From an uncultured Lentisphaeraceae bacterium (GTDB lineage: Bacteria > Verrucomicrobiota > Kiritimatiellia > RFP12 > DVOR01): a stretch of 64,000 nucleotides of DNA. This document shows positions 12,015 through 25,695 of the stretch, one piece after another (position 1 is the stretch's first letter; the number at the start of each line of letters is the position of its first letter). Where the stretch lies: NCBI GenBank assembly GCA_949288955.1, contig CASEMS010000015.1:4269-68268 (forward strand), in the 5' to 3' direction. The notes below the pieces were generated by a model that was given only the letters and a program-made list of their open reading frames with translations, was not told the origin of the DNA and did not search any database. The position numbers and the translations under genes are program-made.

Positions 12015-12030
12015 TGGCACGGCGGTTGCA
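12015..12030 (+). promoter_or_regulatory. Sigma-54 (-24/-12) promoter for glnN
   Basis: TGGCACGGCGGTTGCA is a perfect TGGCACG-N4-TTGCA consensus. It lies ~36 bp upstream of the glnN ATG at 12066. Confidence 0.65.
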
Positions 12031-12065
12031 ACAAAGGGCGACACCACCCCCAATACGGAGCAGTC

Positions 12066-14131
<2,066 letters not shown>

Positions 14132-14140
14132 GGCACGGCG

Positions 14141-15862
14141 ATGTCCGACGCGCTCAAGCACGAATGCGGCGTGGCCCTCCTCCGTCTGAGGGGGCCAGCC
14201 GCCCACCCCGGGCAGAGCGCCTGGGGCTTCCGCAAGGCCGCCCTCCTGTTGGAGAAGCAGCACAACCGCGGCCAGGACGGCGCGGGACTGGCCTGCCTCC
14301 ACCTCCGCCCCGCCCAAGGCCGCCCCTGCTACGACCTGGAGAAGTCCGTGGCGCGGATGCCGCTGGCCGACCTGGTGGCGCGTTGCGGTCGGCGGCTGAC
14401 GGAGGAGGGCGACGCCTTCCGCGGCGAACTCTTCCTCGGCCACCTGCGCTACGCCACCTTCGGCCGACACGACCTCGCCGCCTGCCATCCCTTCGTGCGC
14501 GACAGCGCCTTCCTCGACCGCCTCTTGCTGCTGGCCGGCAACTTCAACCTCACCGACACGCGCGACCTGGCCGAAAGCCTCGCCGCCTCCGGCCACCACC
14601 TGCCCAGTCTGGCAGACGGCGCGGTCATCCTCCAATGTCTCACGCACGCACTGGAGCAGGAACGCTCCCGTCCCGAAGATTTCCGCGGCCTCACGCACGT
14701 CCTGCGCGAGGCCGCCTCGCGTTTCGACGGCGCCTTCGTCCTCTGCGGGATGCTCGGCGACGGCACGGCCTTCGCCCTGCGCGACGCCCACGGCATCCGC
14801 CCGGCCTATTGGTGGGAGGGTGAGGAGGCGGTGGCCGTGGCCTCCGAGCGCCCCGCCATCCAAGCCGCCTTCGACGTCCCCACCGAGGCCGTGCGCGAGC
14901 TGCCCCCGGGCGAGGCCCTCATCATCCGCCCCGACGGCTCGGCCTCCCTAGAGCCGTGCCTCGACCCCGCGCCACGGCGGGCGTGCGTCTTCGAGCGCGT
15001 CTACTTCTCCCGCGCCAACGACGCCGAGATCCACGCCGAACGCAAGCGGCTTGGCCACGCCCTCGCGCCGCAGGTGATCCGCGCCCTGGGCGGCGACCTC
15101 GAACATCTCTTCCTGAGCTACATTCCCAACTCCGCGCAGATCTGCTTCCACGGCCTCTTGGAGACCTTGCTGGGGGTGGCCGCGGCGGAGGGGCGCACGG
15201 TGCGCTTCGGGCAGGTGGCGGTGAAGGACGCCCGCTTCCGCACCTTCATCGCCGACGAGGCCACCCGCGACGACCTGGCCATGCACGTCTATGACGTTAC
15301 CTACGGCCTCGTCCGCCCCGGCGACACGCTCGTGGCGCTCGACGATTCCATCGTGCGCGGCAACACGATGCGCGCCGCCATCCTCCCCATCCTCGACCGT
15401 CTCGGCCCGCGCGAGATCGTCGTCGCCAGCAGCGCCCCGCCCGTCCGTTATCCCGACTGCTACGGTATCGACATGGCCACGCTCGACGAGCTCGTCGCCT
15501 TCAACGCCTTGGAGGACGTGCTGCGCGAGGAGGGGCGCGAGGCGTTGCTGCGGGACGCCTACGCCGAGGCCCGCCGTCAGCTGGCTCTGCCGCCCGAATG
15601 CCAAACGAACGTCCTGCGCACCCTCTACGCCCACGTGCCGGAGGCGCGCCTCACCCAGGCCATCGCCCGCCGCCTCCGCCCCGACGGCCTCCGCGCCAAG
15701 CTCACCGTCCTCTTCCAAACCGCCGCCGACCTCCGCCGTTGCTGCCCCAACCACACGGGCGACTGGTACTTCACCGGCGATTACCCCACGCCCGGCGGCA
15801 ACCGCGTAGCCAACCGCGCCCTCGTCAACCACATGGAGCACCGCCATGAACGCGCCTACTGA
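14141..15862 (+). CDS. PurF-like class II (Ntn) glutamine amidotransferase / phosphoribosyltransferase family protein with propeptide
   Basis: [11 protein letters not shown]: the Cys follows a short propeptide, as in B. subtilis PurF. PRTase motif [15 protein letters not shown] is present. At 573 aa it is longer than canonical PurF. Confidence 0.8.
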   Translation: MSDALKHECGVALLRLRGPAAHPGQSAWGFRKAALLLEKQHNRGQDGAGLACLHLRPAQGRPCYDLEKSVARMPLADLVARCGRRLTEEGDAFRGELFLGHLRYATFGRHDLAACHPFVRDSAFLDRLLLLAGNFNLTDTRDLAESLAASGHHLPSLADGAVILQCLTHALEQERSRPEDFRGLTHVLREAASRFDGAFVLCGMLGDGTAFALRDAHGIRPAYWWEGEEAVAVASERPAIQAAFDVPTEAVRELPPGEALIIRPDGSASLEPCLDPAPRRACVFERVYFSRANDAEIHAERKRLGHALAPQVIRALGGDLEHLFLSYIPNSAQICFHGLLETLLGVAAAEGRTVRFGQVAVKDARFRTFIADEATRDDLAMHVYDVTYGLVRPGDTLVALDDSIVRGNTMRAAILPILDRLGPREIVVASSAPPVRYPDCYGIDMATLDELVAFNALEDVLREEGREALLRDAYAEARRQLALPPECQTNVLRTLYAHVPEARLTQAIARRLRPDGLRAKLTVLFQTAADLRRCCPNHTGDWYFTGDYPTPGGNRVANRALVNHMEHRHERAY

Positions 15863-16979
15863 CCGCGACCGCCTTCGTCGCGAATGGGCCGCCGCCCGCG
15901 CCCGCCACGCCTTCCTTGCCCTTGCCGATGGGGCCGTCTTCCGAGGCGTCGCCTTCGGTGCGCGCACGGACGCCCTCGGCGAGGCCGTCTTCAACACCGG
16001 CATGACCGGTTACCAAGAAATCCTCACCGACCCCTCCTACGCCAGCCAGTTCGTCGTCCTCACCACGCCGGAGGTGGGCAACTACGGGTGCAACCCGGAG
16101 GACGCCGAGAGCCGCGGGCTCTTCCTCGCCGGACTGGTGGCGCGCCACGTGAACCCGCCCAGCAACTTCCGCGCCACGGAGAGCCTGGATGCCTACCTTG
16201 CCCGCCACGGCAAGCCCGGGATCTGCGGAGTGGACACCCGCGCCCTGACCCTCCACCTGCGTGAGCGCGGCGCCCAGCGCGCCTACCTCCACGTCTCCGA
16301 CGAGCCGCTCACCGAGGCCGAGGCCGTCGCCCGCGCGCAGGCTTGGTGCGGGCTCGACGGTCAGGACTACGCCGCAAAGGTCTCCTGCCCCGAGCCCTAC
16401 GTCTGGTGCGCGGAGGGGCGTCTGCGCGTGGTGGTCTACGACTTCGGCGTCAAGCACGGCATCCTCCGCCGCCTCGCCGCCGAAGGTTGCCGCGTGGAGG
16501 TGGTGCCGGCCCGGACGCCTGCGGAGGCGGTTCTGGCGCGGCGGCCCGACGGCGTCCTCCTCTCCAACGGCCCGGCCGACCCCTCCGCCCTGCCCTATGC
16601 GCGGCAGGCCGTGCGCGACTTGCTGGCCGCGCGGGTGCCGATCATGGGCATCTGCCTGGGCCATCAGTTGCTGGGGCTGGCCTGCGGGGCACGTTGCGGA
16701 CGGCTGCCCTTCGGCCACCACGGCTGCAACCACCCCGTCAAGGCCCTCGCCGACGGCGCGGTGGCCATCACCAGCCAGAACCACAACTACGCCCTCACCG
16801 CCCTGCCCGACTGCCTGGAGCAGACGCACGTGAGCCTCAACGACGGCACCTGCGAGGGCATCCGCCACCGCACGCTCCCCGCCTTCGCCGTCCAATTCCA
16901 TCCCGAGGCCGCCCCCGGCCCGCACGAGACGCGGGGGCTCTTCCGTTCGTTCACCGCATTGATGGAGGGCCGCCCGTGA
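15846..16979 (+). CDS. carA: Carbamoyl-phosphate synthase small (glutaminase) subunit
   Basis: CarA N-domain plus a class I GATase with catalytic Cys (GICLGHQLL) and His (HPE). The start overlaps the upstream gene's end. Confidence 0.95.
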   Translation: MNAPTDRDRLRREWAAARARHAFLALADGAVFRGVAFGARTDALGEAVFNTGMTGYQEILTDPSYASQFVVLTTPEVGNYGCNPEDAESRGLFLAGLVARHVNPPSNFRATESLDAYLARHGKPGICGVDTRALTLHLRERGAQRAYLHVSDEPLTEAEAVARAQAWCGLDGQDYAAKVSCPEPYVWCAEGRLRVVVYDFGVKHGILRRLAAEGCRVEVVPARTPAEAVLARRPDGVLLSNGPADPSALPYARQAVRDLLAARVPIMGICLGHQLLGLACGARCGRLPFGHHGCNHPVKALADGAVAITSQNHNYALTALPDCLEQTHVSLNDGTCEGIRHRTLPAFAVQFHPEAAPGPHETRGLFRSFTALMEGRP

Positions 16980-18595
16980 GCGCCACCAAGCATCTCTTCG
17001 TCACCGGAGGCGTGGTCAGCAGCCTCGGCAAAGGCGTCACCGCCGCCGCGCTCGCCTTCCTGCTCCGCCAGCGCGGCTATCGCGTGGCCATGCAGAAGCT
17101 CGACCCCTACCTGAACGTCGACCCCGGCACGATGAGCCCCTACCAACACGGCGAGGTCTTTGTTACCGACGATGGCGCGGAGACCGACCTCGACCTGGGG
17201 CACTACGAGCGCATCGCCGGCGTCACCTGCACCAAGGCCTCCAACTACACCAGCGGCAAGATCTACGGCGCCGTCATCGCCCGTGAGCGCCGGGGCGACT
17301 ACCTCGGCGCGACGGTTCAGGTCATTCCCCACGTTACCGACGAGATCCAGCGGGCCATGGGCGCCCTGCACGGCCCGGAGGTGGACATCGCCATCACCGA
17401 GATCGGCGGCACGGCGGGCGACATCGAGAGTCTGCCCTTTCTTGAGGCCGCGCGACAGTTCCGCCTGGCCCACGCCCCCGGCGACGTCCTCTTCATCCAC
17501 CTGACCTACGTCCCATACCTCAAGGCCGCCAAGGAGCTCAAGACCAAGCCTTCGCAGCAATCCGTCGGCGTCCTGCGCAACATTGGCATTCAGCCCGACC
17601 TCCTCATCTGCCGCGCCGAGCGTCGCCTCGAACCCGAGCACCTGCGCAAACTCGCCGTCTTCTGCAACGTCCCCGAGGCCTGCGTCATCGAGGAGCTCGA
17701 CGTCCGCCACGCCATCTACGAGGTGCCCATCAAACTTGCCCAGCGCGGCCTCGATGAGCAGGTGCTCCGCGGCCTTCGCCTCGAACCCCGCCCTCTGGAT
17801 TTGCGCGACTACCGCGCCTGGCTCGCCCGTGCGCTCCGCCCCACGCGCCCCGTCACCGTCGCCGTCGTCGGCAAGTACATCCGCCACCAAGACGCCTACA
17901 AGAGCATTTACGAGGCCCTCGCCCACGCCGCCATGGCCCACCACGCCAAGCTGGAGACACTCCGGATCGAGGCCGAGGAACTGGAGCGCGGCGACCCCGC
18001 CCGCCTCCTCGCCCGCGCCGACGCCATCCTCGTCCCCGGCGGCTTCGGTCGGCGCGGCCTGCTGGGGATGTTCCGCGCCGTCTCCTATGCCCGCGCCACT
18101 GGCACGCCCTTCCTCGGCATCTGCCTGGGGATGCAGTGCGCGGTCATCGCCTTCGCCCGCGACGCGCTCGGCTGGGCCGACGCCGACAGCACGGAGTTCG
18201 CCCCCGACACCGCCCACCCCGTCATCGCCCTCATGGAGGGCCAGCGGGCCATCCGCGGTCTCGGCGGCACCATGCGCCTAGGCGCCTACGCCTGCGACCT
18301 CGCGCCCGGCTCCCGCGCCGCCGCCCTCTACGGCGCCACCCCTATCGCCGAACGCCACCGCCACCGCTACGAGTTCAACCCCGCCTTCCGCGACGCCCTC
18401 GAACGCGCCGGGCTGCGCGTGGCGGGGACGAACCCCGAGACGGGTCTCGTCGAGGTCGTCGAGCTCCCTGACCACCCCTTCTTCGTCGGGTGCCAGTTCC
18501 ACCCCGAGTTCAAGTCCCGCCCCCGCGCGCCCCATCCCCTTTTCGACGGCCTCCTCGCCGCCGCCCTCGCCCATCGGGAGCACCGCCATGCCTAA
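16976..18595 (+). CDS. pyrG: CTP synthase
   Basis: [21 protein letters not shown]-loop and a C-terminal GATase (GICLGMQ). The GTG start overlaps the carA stop as GTGA. Confidence 0.95.
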   Translation: MSATKHLFVTGGVVSSLGKGVTAAALAFLLRQRGYRVAMQKLDPYLNVDPGTMSPYQHGEVFVTDDGAETDLDLGHYERIAGVTCTKASNYTSGKIYGAVIARERRGDYLGATVQVIPHVTDEIQRAMGALHGPEVDIAITEIGGTAGDIESLPFLEAARQFRLAHAPGDVLFIHLTYVPYLKAAKELKTKPSQQSVGVLRNIGIQPDLLICRAERRLEPEHLRKLAVFCNVPEACVIEELDVRHAIYEVPIKLAQRGLDEQVLRGLRLEPRPLDLRDYRAWLARALRPTRPVTVAVVGKYIRHQDAYKSIYEALAHAAMAHHAKLETLRIEAEELERGDPARLLARADAILVPGGFGRRGLLGMFRAVSYARATGTPFLGICLGMQCAVIAFARDALGWADADSTEFAPDTAHPVIALMEGQRAIRGLGGTMRLGAYACDLAPGSRAAALYGATPIAERHRHRYEFNPAFRDALERAGLRVAGTNPETGLVEVVELPDHPFFVGCQFHPEFKSRPRAPHPLFDGLLAAALAHREHRHA

Positions 18596-21500
18596 GCGCA
18601 CCGACCTCCGCAAGATCCTCCTCATCGGCTCCGGCCCCATCGTCATTGGCCAGGGCTGCGAGTTCGACTACTCCGGCACCCAGGCCTGCAAGGCCCTCCG
18701 CGCCGACGGATACGAGGTGATCCTCGCGAACTCCAACCCAGCCACCATCATGACCGACCCGGCCGTCGCCGACCGCACCTACGTCGAGCCCCTCACCCCG
18801 GAGAGCCTTGAGGCCATCATCGCCCGCGAGCGTCCCGACGCCCTCCTTCCCACGCTCGGCGGGCAGACGGCCCTCAACCTGGCGATGGCGCTCTTCCGCC
18901 GCGGCACCCTCGGCCGCTACGGCGTGGAGATGATCGGCGCCAACGCCGCCAGCATCGACCGTGCCGAGGACCGCCAGAAGTTCAAGGAGGCCATGCTCGC
19001 CATCGGCCTCGACCTCCCCCGCTCCGGCACCGCCCACACCCTCGACGAGGCCCGCGCCGTCGCCGCGCGCATCGGCACCTGGCCCCTCATCGTCCGCCCC
19101 GCCTTCACCCTCGGCGGCACGGGCGGCGGCATCGCCGACGGCCCCGAGGACTTCGACCGCGTCGCCCAAGCCGGCCTCGACGCCTCCCCCACCTCCGAGA
19201 TCCTCATCGAGGAATCCCTCCTCGGCTGGAAGGAATTCGAGATGGAGGTCGTCTGCGATCGCGTGGGCAACGCCATCGTCGTCTGCTCCATCGAGAACCT
19301 CGACCCTATGGGCGTCCACACCGGGGACTCCGTCACCGTCGCCCCGATCCAGACCCTCACCGACGCCGAGTACCAAGCCATGCGCGACGACTCCTTCGCC
19401 GTCATGCGCGCCATCGGCATCGCCACCGGCGGGGCCAACGTCCAATGGGCCGTCGACCCCAAGACCGGCCGCCGCGTCATCATCGAGATGAACCCCCGCG
19501 TCTCCCGCTCCTCCGCCCTCGCCTCCAAGGCCACCGGCTTCCCCATCGCCAAGGTCGCCGCCCGCCTCGCCGTCGGCCACACCCTCGACGAGCTGCGCAA
19601 CGACATCACCGGCACCACCCCCGCCTCCTTCGAGCCCGCCCTCGACTACGTCGTCGTCAAGGCCCCCCGCTTCGCCTTCGAGAAGTTCCACGGCGCCGAC
19701 GACACCCTCGGCACCCAGATGAAGTCCGTCGGCGAAGCCATGGCCATCGGCGCCACCTTCCAGGAGGCCCTCCAAAAGGCCCTCCGTTCCCTCGAAACCG
19801 GCCGCGCCGGCCTCGGCGCCGACGGCCGCGACGCCTTCGCCGCACTCCCAGACGCCGCGCTCGAAGCCGCCCTCGCCCGCCCCACCGCCGAGCGTCTCTT
19901 CCAAATCCGCGAGGCCTTCCGCCGCGGCTGGACCCTCGACCGCCTCCACGCCCTCACCGCCATCGACCCTTACTTCCTCCGCCACATCCAGGAACTCGCG
20001 TTCTACGAGGACGAGATCGCCGCCGTTGGCACCCCCAAGGCCCTCGCCGCCGACCCCGAACGCTTCCGCCAAGCCAAGGCCCTCGGCTTCTCCGACCGCC
20101 AGATCGCCCACCTCCTCGGCGCCGACGAGGCCGCCGTCTCCGCCGCCCGCCGCGCCGTCGGCGTCCTCCCCGGCTACGGCCTCGTGGACACCTGCGCCGG
20201 CGAGTTCGCCGCCCGCACGCCCTACTATTATTCCAGCTACGCCCTCGCCCCCGACGCCCCCACGGCCGCCCCGACCGACGCCCGCCCCGCCATCCTCATC
20301 ATCGGCGGAGGCCCCAACCGCATCGGCCAAGGCATCGAGTTCGACGCCTGCTGCTGCCAGTCCGCCGCCGCCCTCCGCGCCCTTGGCTACCGCGTCGTCA
20401 TGGCCAACTCCAACCCCGAGACCGTCTCCACCGACTACGACACCTCCGACGCCCTCTACTTCGAACCCCTCACCCTCGAGGACCTCACCGCTCTCTACGC
20501 CCGCGAACGCTGCGTCGGCGCCATCGTCCAATTCGGCGGCCAGACCCCCCTCAACCTCGCCCAAGCCCTCAAGGACGCCGGGGTCGCCATCCTCGGCACC
20601 AGCCCCGACGACATCGACCTGGCCGAGGACCGCGACCGCTTCAAGCGCCTCGCCGACGCCATCGGCATCCTCCAACCGCCCAGCGGCATCGCCCACACCG
20701 CCGAGGAAGCCCTCGCCATCGCCGACCGCATCGGCTATCCCGTCCTCGTCCGCCCCTCCTTCGTCCTCGGCGGCCGCGGCATGGTCATCGTCCACCGCCG
20801 CGACGACCTCGATGCCCTCGCCCGCCAAGCCGTCGCCATCGCCGAAGGCAAACCCATCCTCATCGACCGTTTCCTCGAGAACGCCATCGAACTCGACGTC
20901 GACTCCGTCACCGACGCCGCCGGGCACACCGTCATCGGCGCCATCCTCGAGCACGTCGAACCCGCCGGCGTCCACTCCGGCGACGCGGCCTGCGTCACCC
21001 CGCCCCTCTCCCTCGCACCCGAGACCCTCGCGCAGATCCACGCCTACGCGGAAGCCTTCGCCCGCGCCCTCCACGTCCGCGGGCTCATGAACCTCCAGCT
21101 CGCCGTCCACGGGCGCGACATCTACATGATCGAGGTCAACCCCCGCGCCTCCCGCACCGTCCCCTTCGTCTCCAAAGCCATTGGCCTCTCCCTCGCCGGG
21201 GTCGCCGCCCGCGTGATGGTGGGCAAAAGCCTCGCCGAGGCCGGCCTCCCCGCCGAGCGCACCCCCACCCGCTTCGCCGTCAAGGAATCCGTCTTCCCCT
21301 TCGCCCGCTTCCCCGGCGCCGACGTCGCCCTCTCCCCCGAGATGAAATCCACCGGCGAGGTCATGGGCCACGCCGCCACCGTCGGCCTGGCCTACCTCAA
21401 AAGCCAGCTCGCCGCCGGCGCGCGCCTCCCCCTCCCCACCCCCGACGACCCCCACCCCACCCTCCTCCTCGCCTTGGCCGACGCCGACAAACCCGCCGGC

Positions 21501-21854
21501 GTCGCCGCCGCCAAACGCCTCGCCGCCCTCGGCTACCGCTTCTTCGCCACCCGCGGCACCGCCACCGCCCTCTGGCAGGCCGGCCTCCGCCCCAACGCCT
21601 GCTTCCGCCTCGGCGAAGGCAGCCCCAACGCCCTCGACCTCCTCCGCGAAGGCACCCTCCAATGGGTCGTCAACACCGCCGGCACAGGCGCCGACCCCAA
21701 CGCCGACGCCCTCCGCATCCGCGCCGCCGCCACGCTACGCGGCCTCCCCGTAACGACCGTCCTGCAAGGCTTCGTGGCCGCCGTCGAAGGCATCGAGGAA
21801 AGCCTCCGCCTCGCCCCCACCCCGCCCATCACCCTTCAGGAGTGGCACGTCTGA
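18588..21854 (+). CDS. carB: Carbamoyl-phosphate synthase large subunit
   Basis: [33 protein letters not shown]... with a duplicated ATP-grasp architecture, 1088 aa. The start overlaps the pyrG stop. Confidence 0.95.
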   Translation: MPKRTDLRKILLIGSGPIVIGQGCEFDYSGTQACKALRADGYEVILANSNPATIMTDPAVADRTYVEPLTPESLEAIIARERPDALLPTLGGQTALNLAMALFRRGTLGRYGVEMIGANAASIDRAEDRQKFKEAMLAIGLDLPRSGTAHTLDEARAVAARIGTWPLIVRPAFTLGGTGGGIADGPEDFDRVAQAGLDASPTSEILIEESLLGWKEFEMEVVCDRVGNAIVVCSIENLDPMGVHTGDSVTVAPIQTLTDAEYQAMRDDSFAVMRAIGIATGGANVQWAVDPKTGRRVIIEMNPRVSRSSALASKATGFPIAKVAARLAVGHTLDELRNDITGTTPASFEPALDYVVVKAPRFAFEKFHGADDTLGTQMKSVGEAMAIGATFQEALQKALRSLETGRAGLGADGRDAFAALPDAALEAALARPTAERLFQIREAFRRGWTLDRLHALTAIDPYFLRHIQELAFYEDEIAAVGTPKALAADPERFRQAKALGFSDRQIAHLLGADEAAVSAARRAVGVLPGYGLVDTCAGEFAARTPYYYSSYALAPDAPTAAPTDARPAILIIGGGPNRIGQGIEFDACCCQSAAALRALGYRVVMANSNPETVSTDYDTSDALYFEPLTLEDLTALYARERCVGAIVQFGGQTPLNLAQALKDAGVAILGTSPDDIDLAEDRDRFKRLADAIGILQPPSGIAHTAEEALAIADRIGYPVLVRPSFVLGGRGMVIVHRRDDLDALARQAVAIAEGKPILIDRFLENAIELDVDSVTDAAGHTVIGAILEHVEPAGVHSGDAACVTPPLSLAPETLAQIHAYAEAFARALHVRGLMNLQLAVHGRDIYMIEVNPRASRTVPFVSKAIGLSLAGVAARVMVGKSLAEAGLPAERTPTRFAVKESVFPFARFPGADVALSPEMKSTGEVMGHAATVGLAYLKSQLAAGARLPLPTPDDPHPTLLLALADADKPAGVAAAKRLAALGYRFFATRGTATALWQAGLRPNACFRLGEGSPNALDLLREGTLQWVVNTAGTGADPNADALRIRAAATLRGLPVTTVLQGFVAAVEGIEESLRLAPTPPITLQEWHV

Positions 21855-21876
21855 CCCCTTTTCAACGCAAACCACA

Positions 21877-21908
21877 CGGCCCTGCGGCGAGTGCCCAGGG
21901 CCTTTTTC
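21877..21908 (+). terminator. Rho-independent terminator after carB
   Basis: Hairpin ggccctgcggcgagtgcccagggcc followed by ttttt. Confidence 0.55.
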
Positions 21909-22176
21909 ATCCACTCCGCCGCCGATCCCCCACGATAACACATCGATGAGGCAGCAACATCCTCTGCGCTAAACGTTACAAGCGATTGGGATTGCGCCTC
22001 TCGGCCAACGGACACCACCCTCTCCAATGACCCCGACCACACCAAGTTCGTCGAGTCTGCAACCGCGCCTTCTCCGCCCCCTATCCTCCGAAAATGCCGT
22101 CACAGTAAGAAAACCGCCACGGACAACCCTGACAAAACACCAGCACAGAAGCCTTCGTCGTCAAAACACTCCGACC

Positions 22177-24957
22177 TCAAACGCCCGCTTGCGGCTCAAG
22201 CGCATTGGCACGGAGCGATTGAAGAATAGCACCGATGGCCCGACCCTCAGACTCCTCAAAAAGAACCGTGAAATGCGCTGGGCGATCGAATGGCGGGCGC
22301 ACGAAAATACCAAAGTCCTCCACGGCCCCATGCAACGTTACATACGTGATGATACGTTGCACAAACGCGATTTGCGCTTGGTTCAGCGCATGGGTATTGA
22401 TAAATGCCGCAAAGGCTTGGGAGACCGCCTCGCGATCCATGTGCGCAACGCGACGCACCATCAGCCCCAACGGCATGTCCGAAAAACTGCTCGCATAGTC
22501 CGCCTTTGTCCCCAGCACATGGAAGAGGATATGCTCCAACGCCTCGAAATCCGCCTTGGTCAACGGCAAGTTGTGCGTCAATTTGTAGATAGGCGCATCG
22601 TCGGCATGGTCGCGCAGATAGCGTTCCACCCGATCGTGATAGGAAACAAAGTCGTCGCCTTGGGGCAACTCGCCCCCCTCCGCCACGCGCAACACGCGAT
22701 CCGCGACATCCGTGAAGACGATGCGCCGCTCACCTTGCTCCAGGAAACGCGCCAACTCCCGCAACTCCAGGCGCACGGCCTCGAAGGCCAAGGGATCGGC
22801 CTGCTCCCAAAAGGCATCTTCCCGCACGCGCCGCAACGTCTCCAAGCGCGCCACGACCTGCGGGATGGACGTCTTCCGCATGAGCGTCTCGGCGATGGCG
22901 CACACGCGCCGCCGCGCTTGGGAGACGGCGGGCGAACTCTCCGCCCAAGCCAACGTCAGCCCATAGATCAACGCATCGAAACGTTTCGCTGCCTCGTCCG
23001 GTTCCGGGTCGCGCACCAAGGGTGCAATTTCCTCGCACAAGGTCGCCACGTCTTCCTCCGAGAGACAGACGTATGCCTGCCGATCGCGAAACCGTTCCAT
23101 GGCGCGGGCATGGAGCCGCACGCTCACCAATTCCCGGTTTAGCGCCGCCACCTGGCCGTGGCATACCGCGACCAGCCGCTCGCGCCAGGCGCGATAGGTG
23201 TCCGCCCCATATTCCGCGCCCTGAAAAAGGGCAATCAACGCCACGCGCCGCGCGAAAAGCGTCTCCGAGAGGCTCTGCGCCGCCTGCCCTTCTTCGCCGT
23301 CTTTGTTCAGCCGGAAAAAGGCGCAATTGTCGCAATAGTCGAAGAGAAAGAAGCGCCGCTTGCCCGCGTAAGCCCCATCCACCAAGTCTTGACACGCCAA
23401 CCCCGGGCACAGACGCGTGCCGCGCCCAAGCATCTGCCAAAACTTCGCCTTCGAGTAGACCCGCTTAAAGAAGACCAGGTTCACGCACTCCGGCACATCA
23501 ATGCCCGTGTCCATCATGTCCACCGAAATGGCAATCTGCGGCACGCGCCCGGGGTCGCGAAAATGCTCAATCAGCGTCTGCGCGAAACGATCCTCGCACA
23601 CAATGCTCCGCGCGAACGACCCGCGATAGTAAGGATACAGCGCGTTGAAGCGCTCCTCGATGAACCGTGCGTGGCGTGCATTCTGCGCGAAAATAATTGT
23701 TTTCCCCAACTTCTCCCCACCATCCACCTTGATACCACGCTCCATCACGTCCTGCAACACCAAGTCCACCGTGTCCGCGTTGAAAATGAAGTGATTGATC
23801 TGTTCAGGCTCGACCACCGCCGGCGGCGGCTCGTCCCCCCAATCCTCATCGTAGCGCTCTTTGTCCCGCTCCGACAAATCATCATAGACAATACCCCGGT
23901 CCAGCCGCTCCGTCTTCACCTCCATAAGATGATAAGGCACCAACACCTTGTCCCGCCCCTCCGCCGTCTCATATTCATATGCAAAGGTCGGCTCCCCATC
24001 CTTCATCCCAAAAAAGTCATACGTATTCCGATCCACCTCTACCTTCGGCGTCGCCGTCAGCCCCACCAGAATGGCATCGAGATACGCAAAGATCGCCCGA
24101 TACTTCTTGAAAATGCTCCGATGCGCCTCGTCCACCACAATCAAATCGAAATGCGCCACCGAAAAACGGGCACCCTCCGCCGCATCAAGCGCGTTCAGCA
24201 ACGTGGGGTAAGTGGCGAAAACCACCCGCGCCCCGAGCGGCTCCTCCCCCTCGCACAGATTGCACAACGCCAACTCCGGCAAATGTTGCTTGAACGCTTC
24301 CTTCGCCTGGCGCACCAAAGCCAGCCGATCCGCCAAAAAGAGCACGTTCTTCACCCACCCCCCACGGCTCAGCACATCCACCAAACTCACCGCCGTCCGC
24401 GTCTTCCCCGTCCCCGTCGCCATCACCAGCAAATGCCGCCGCCGACCCAATTCCAACCCCTCGCAGATCGCCCGGATCGCCTCCAACTGATACGGCCTGT
24501 TCGTGATCCGCTCATCCACCCGCAGATTGTGCAGCGTCGCCCGCCGCTCCCGGCTGTCCATCAGCCGCTCCAAATCCTCCCGCGCGAAAATCCCGCTCAC
24601 CCGCCGAGGCGACCCGCTTCGGTCGTCCCAAAAGGTCGTCTCCGCCCCATTCGTCAAGAACACCATCGGCCGCCGCCCAAACCGCCGCTCCAACCCATCC
24701 GCGTAAAGCCCCGCCTGCGTCTGCCCCGCCTGGCGATCCACACACCAACGTTTCGCCTCCACCACCGCCAAAGGCAACCCATCCCCGCCAAACAACACAT
24801 AATCCGCCCGCCCCATCCCCGCCGGCAACGCCACCGGGAACTCCCGAACCGCCCCCTCCAACCCCTCGTCCGCAAGCGACCACCCCGCACGCCGCAGATC
24901 CTCGTCAATCCACGCCGCCCGCGTCTCCGCCTCCGTTATCTCCTGCCCATCGCTCAT
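22177..24957 (-). CDS. hsdR: Type I restriction enzyme, R (restriction/helicase) subunit
   Basis: N-terminal MSDGQEITEAETRAAWIDEDLRRAGW is HsdR-like. Helicase motifs GTGKT and a DEAH-like VVDEAHRS are present, 927 aa. Start assigned to ATG 24957; the longer ORF extension has no support. Confidence 0.9.
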   Translation of the reverse strand: MSDGQEITEAETRAAWIDEDLRRAGWSLADEGLEGAVREFPVALPAGMGRADYVLFGGDGLPLAVVEAKRWCVDRQAGQTQAGLYADGLERRFGRRPMVFLTNGAETTFWDDRSGSPRRVSGIFAREDLERLMDSRERRATLHNLRVDERITNRPYQLEAIRAICEGLELGRRRHLLVMATGTGKTRTAVSLVDVLSRGGWVKNVLFLADRLALVRQAKEAFKQHLPELALCNLCEGEEPLGARVVFATYPTLLNALDAAEGARFSVAHFDLIVVDEAHRSIFKKYRAIFAYLDAILVGLTATPKVEVDRNTYDFFGMKDGEPTFAYEYETAEGRDKVLVPYHLMEVKTERLDRGIVYDDLSERDKERYDEDWGDEPPPAVVEPEQINHFIFNADTVDLVLQDVMERGIKVDGGEKLGKTIIFAQNARHARFIEERFNALYPYYRGSFARSIVCEDRFAQTLIEHFRDPGRVPQIAISVDMMDTGIDVPECVNLVFFKRVYSKAKFWQMLGRGTRLCPGLACQDLVDGAYAGKRRFFLFDYCDNCAFFRLNKDGEEGQAAQSLSETLFARRVALIALFQGAEYGADTYRAWRERLVAVCHGQVAALNRELVSVRLHARAMERFRDRQAYVCLSEEDVATLCEEIAPLVRDPEPDEAAKRFDALIYGLTLAWAESSPAVSQARRRVCAIAETLMRKTSIPQVVARLETLRRVREDAFWEQADPLAFEAVRLELRELARFLEQGERRIVFTDVADRVLRVAEGGELPQGDDFVSYHDRVERYLRDHADDAPIYKLTHNLPLTKADFEALEHILFHVLGTKADYASSFSDMPLGLMVRRVAHMDREAVSQAFAAFINTHALNQAQIAFVQRIITYVTLHGAVEDFGIFVRPPFDRPAHFTVLFEESEGRAIGAILQSLRANALEPQAGV

Positions 24958-25098
24958 GACAACCCCATTATCGCACAAAACCACCCCATCGCACAAACCA
25001 ACCGCCAAAGTCGCCTTGCCTGTTCCGGTGCGTTTGCTACAATAAAGGCAGAAAGAACGCCGCCGGAGCACACGAGGGTGTATCACCAGCATGAGCAA

Positions 25099-25695
25099 TC
25101 ATGTGGCAGTCGTGCCGGGGGTTCTTTCTTTTTCTTTATCGAACCGCGCCTGCCTTTCTGCCAGAATCTCTTGAAACTCTCCAGATTGGTATGCCCTCAA
25201 CAACCATTTCGAAGGCCCATACGATATCAAGCATAATTTTTCACTTCTGTACGCTCTCGAGAAATGATGTAATGGTTTGATGAATTCATAGTCGACTAAA
25301 TACTGTACGACTCCTGCGTCTTGTGGTAAGGAAAGTCTCCTATCCTCACTCATCAACAGTTGTGTTACCAAAGCAAATGGGAGTTCATTCATATGCTTTA
25401 GTTCTTCCCACTGCTTTTGCTCCAAGGCCAACTCCTTTAATTGTTCCTTTATCCACACACCTATTTTCCCAGCGATGAAAACCACACAAACCGTTAACAG
25501 AACCAAAAAGACAAGCCCAATGAATGGCCGATAGCTTTGGACAAATCCGCTTATTCCAAATCGAATGAGAATCGATTCGGGGAGGAACAGTAATGCTCCG
25601 GAAACGATTGTCAATACAACCACGCCTCTTTTTGAAAAAAGAACCGTGTACAGCAATTTCACTACCTGTTCCAAACACGCACTTCCATCAATCAT
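25099..25695 (-). CDS. Hypothetical two-TM membrane protein embedded between hsdS and hsdR
   Basis: 198 aa from ATG 25695, which has a GAGGGGAAG RBS and overlaps the hsdS stop as ATGATTGA. Two hydrophobic helices (VVVLTIVSGALLFLP, FIGLVFLVLLTVCVVFIAG) precede a charged soluble C-terminal region. Local GC is ~45-50% against ~70% background. I recognise no family for it. Confidence 0.6.
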   Translation of the reverse strand: MIDGSACLEQVVKLLYTVLFSKRGVVVLTIVSGALLFLPESILIRFGISGFVQSYRPFIGLVFLVLLTVCVVFIAGKIGVWIKEQLKELALEQKQWEELKHMNELPFALVTQLLMSEDRRLSLPQDAGVVQYLVDYEFIKPLHHFSRAYRSEKLCLISYGPSKWLLRAYQSGEFQEILAERQARFDKEKERTPGTTAT

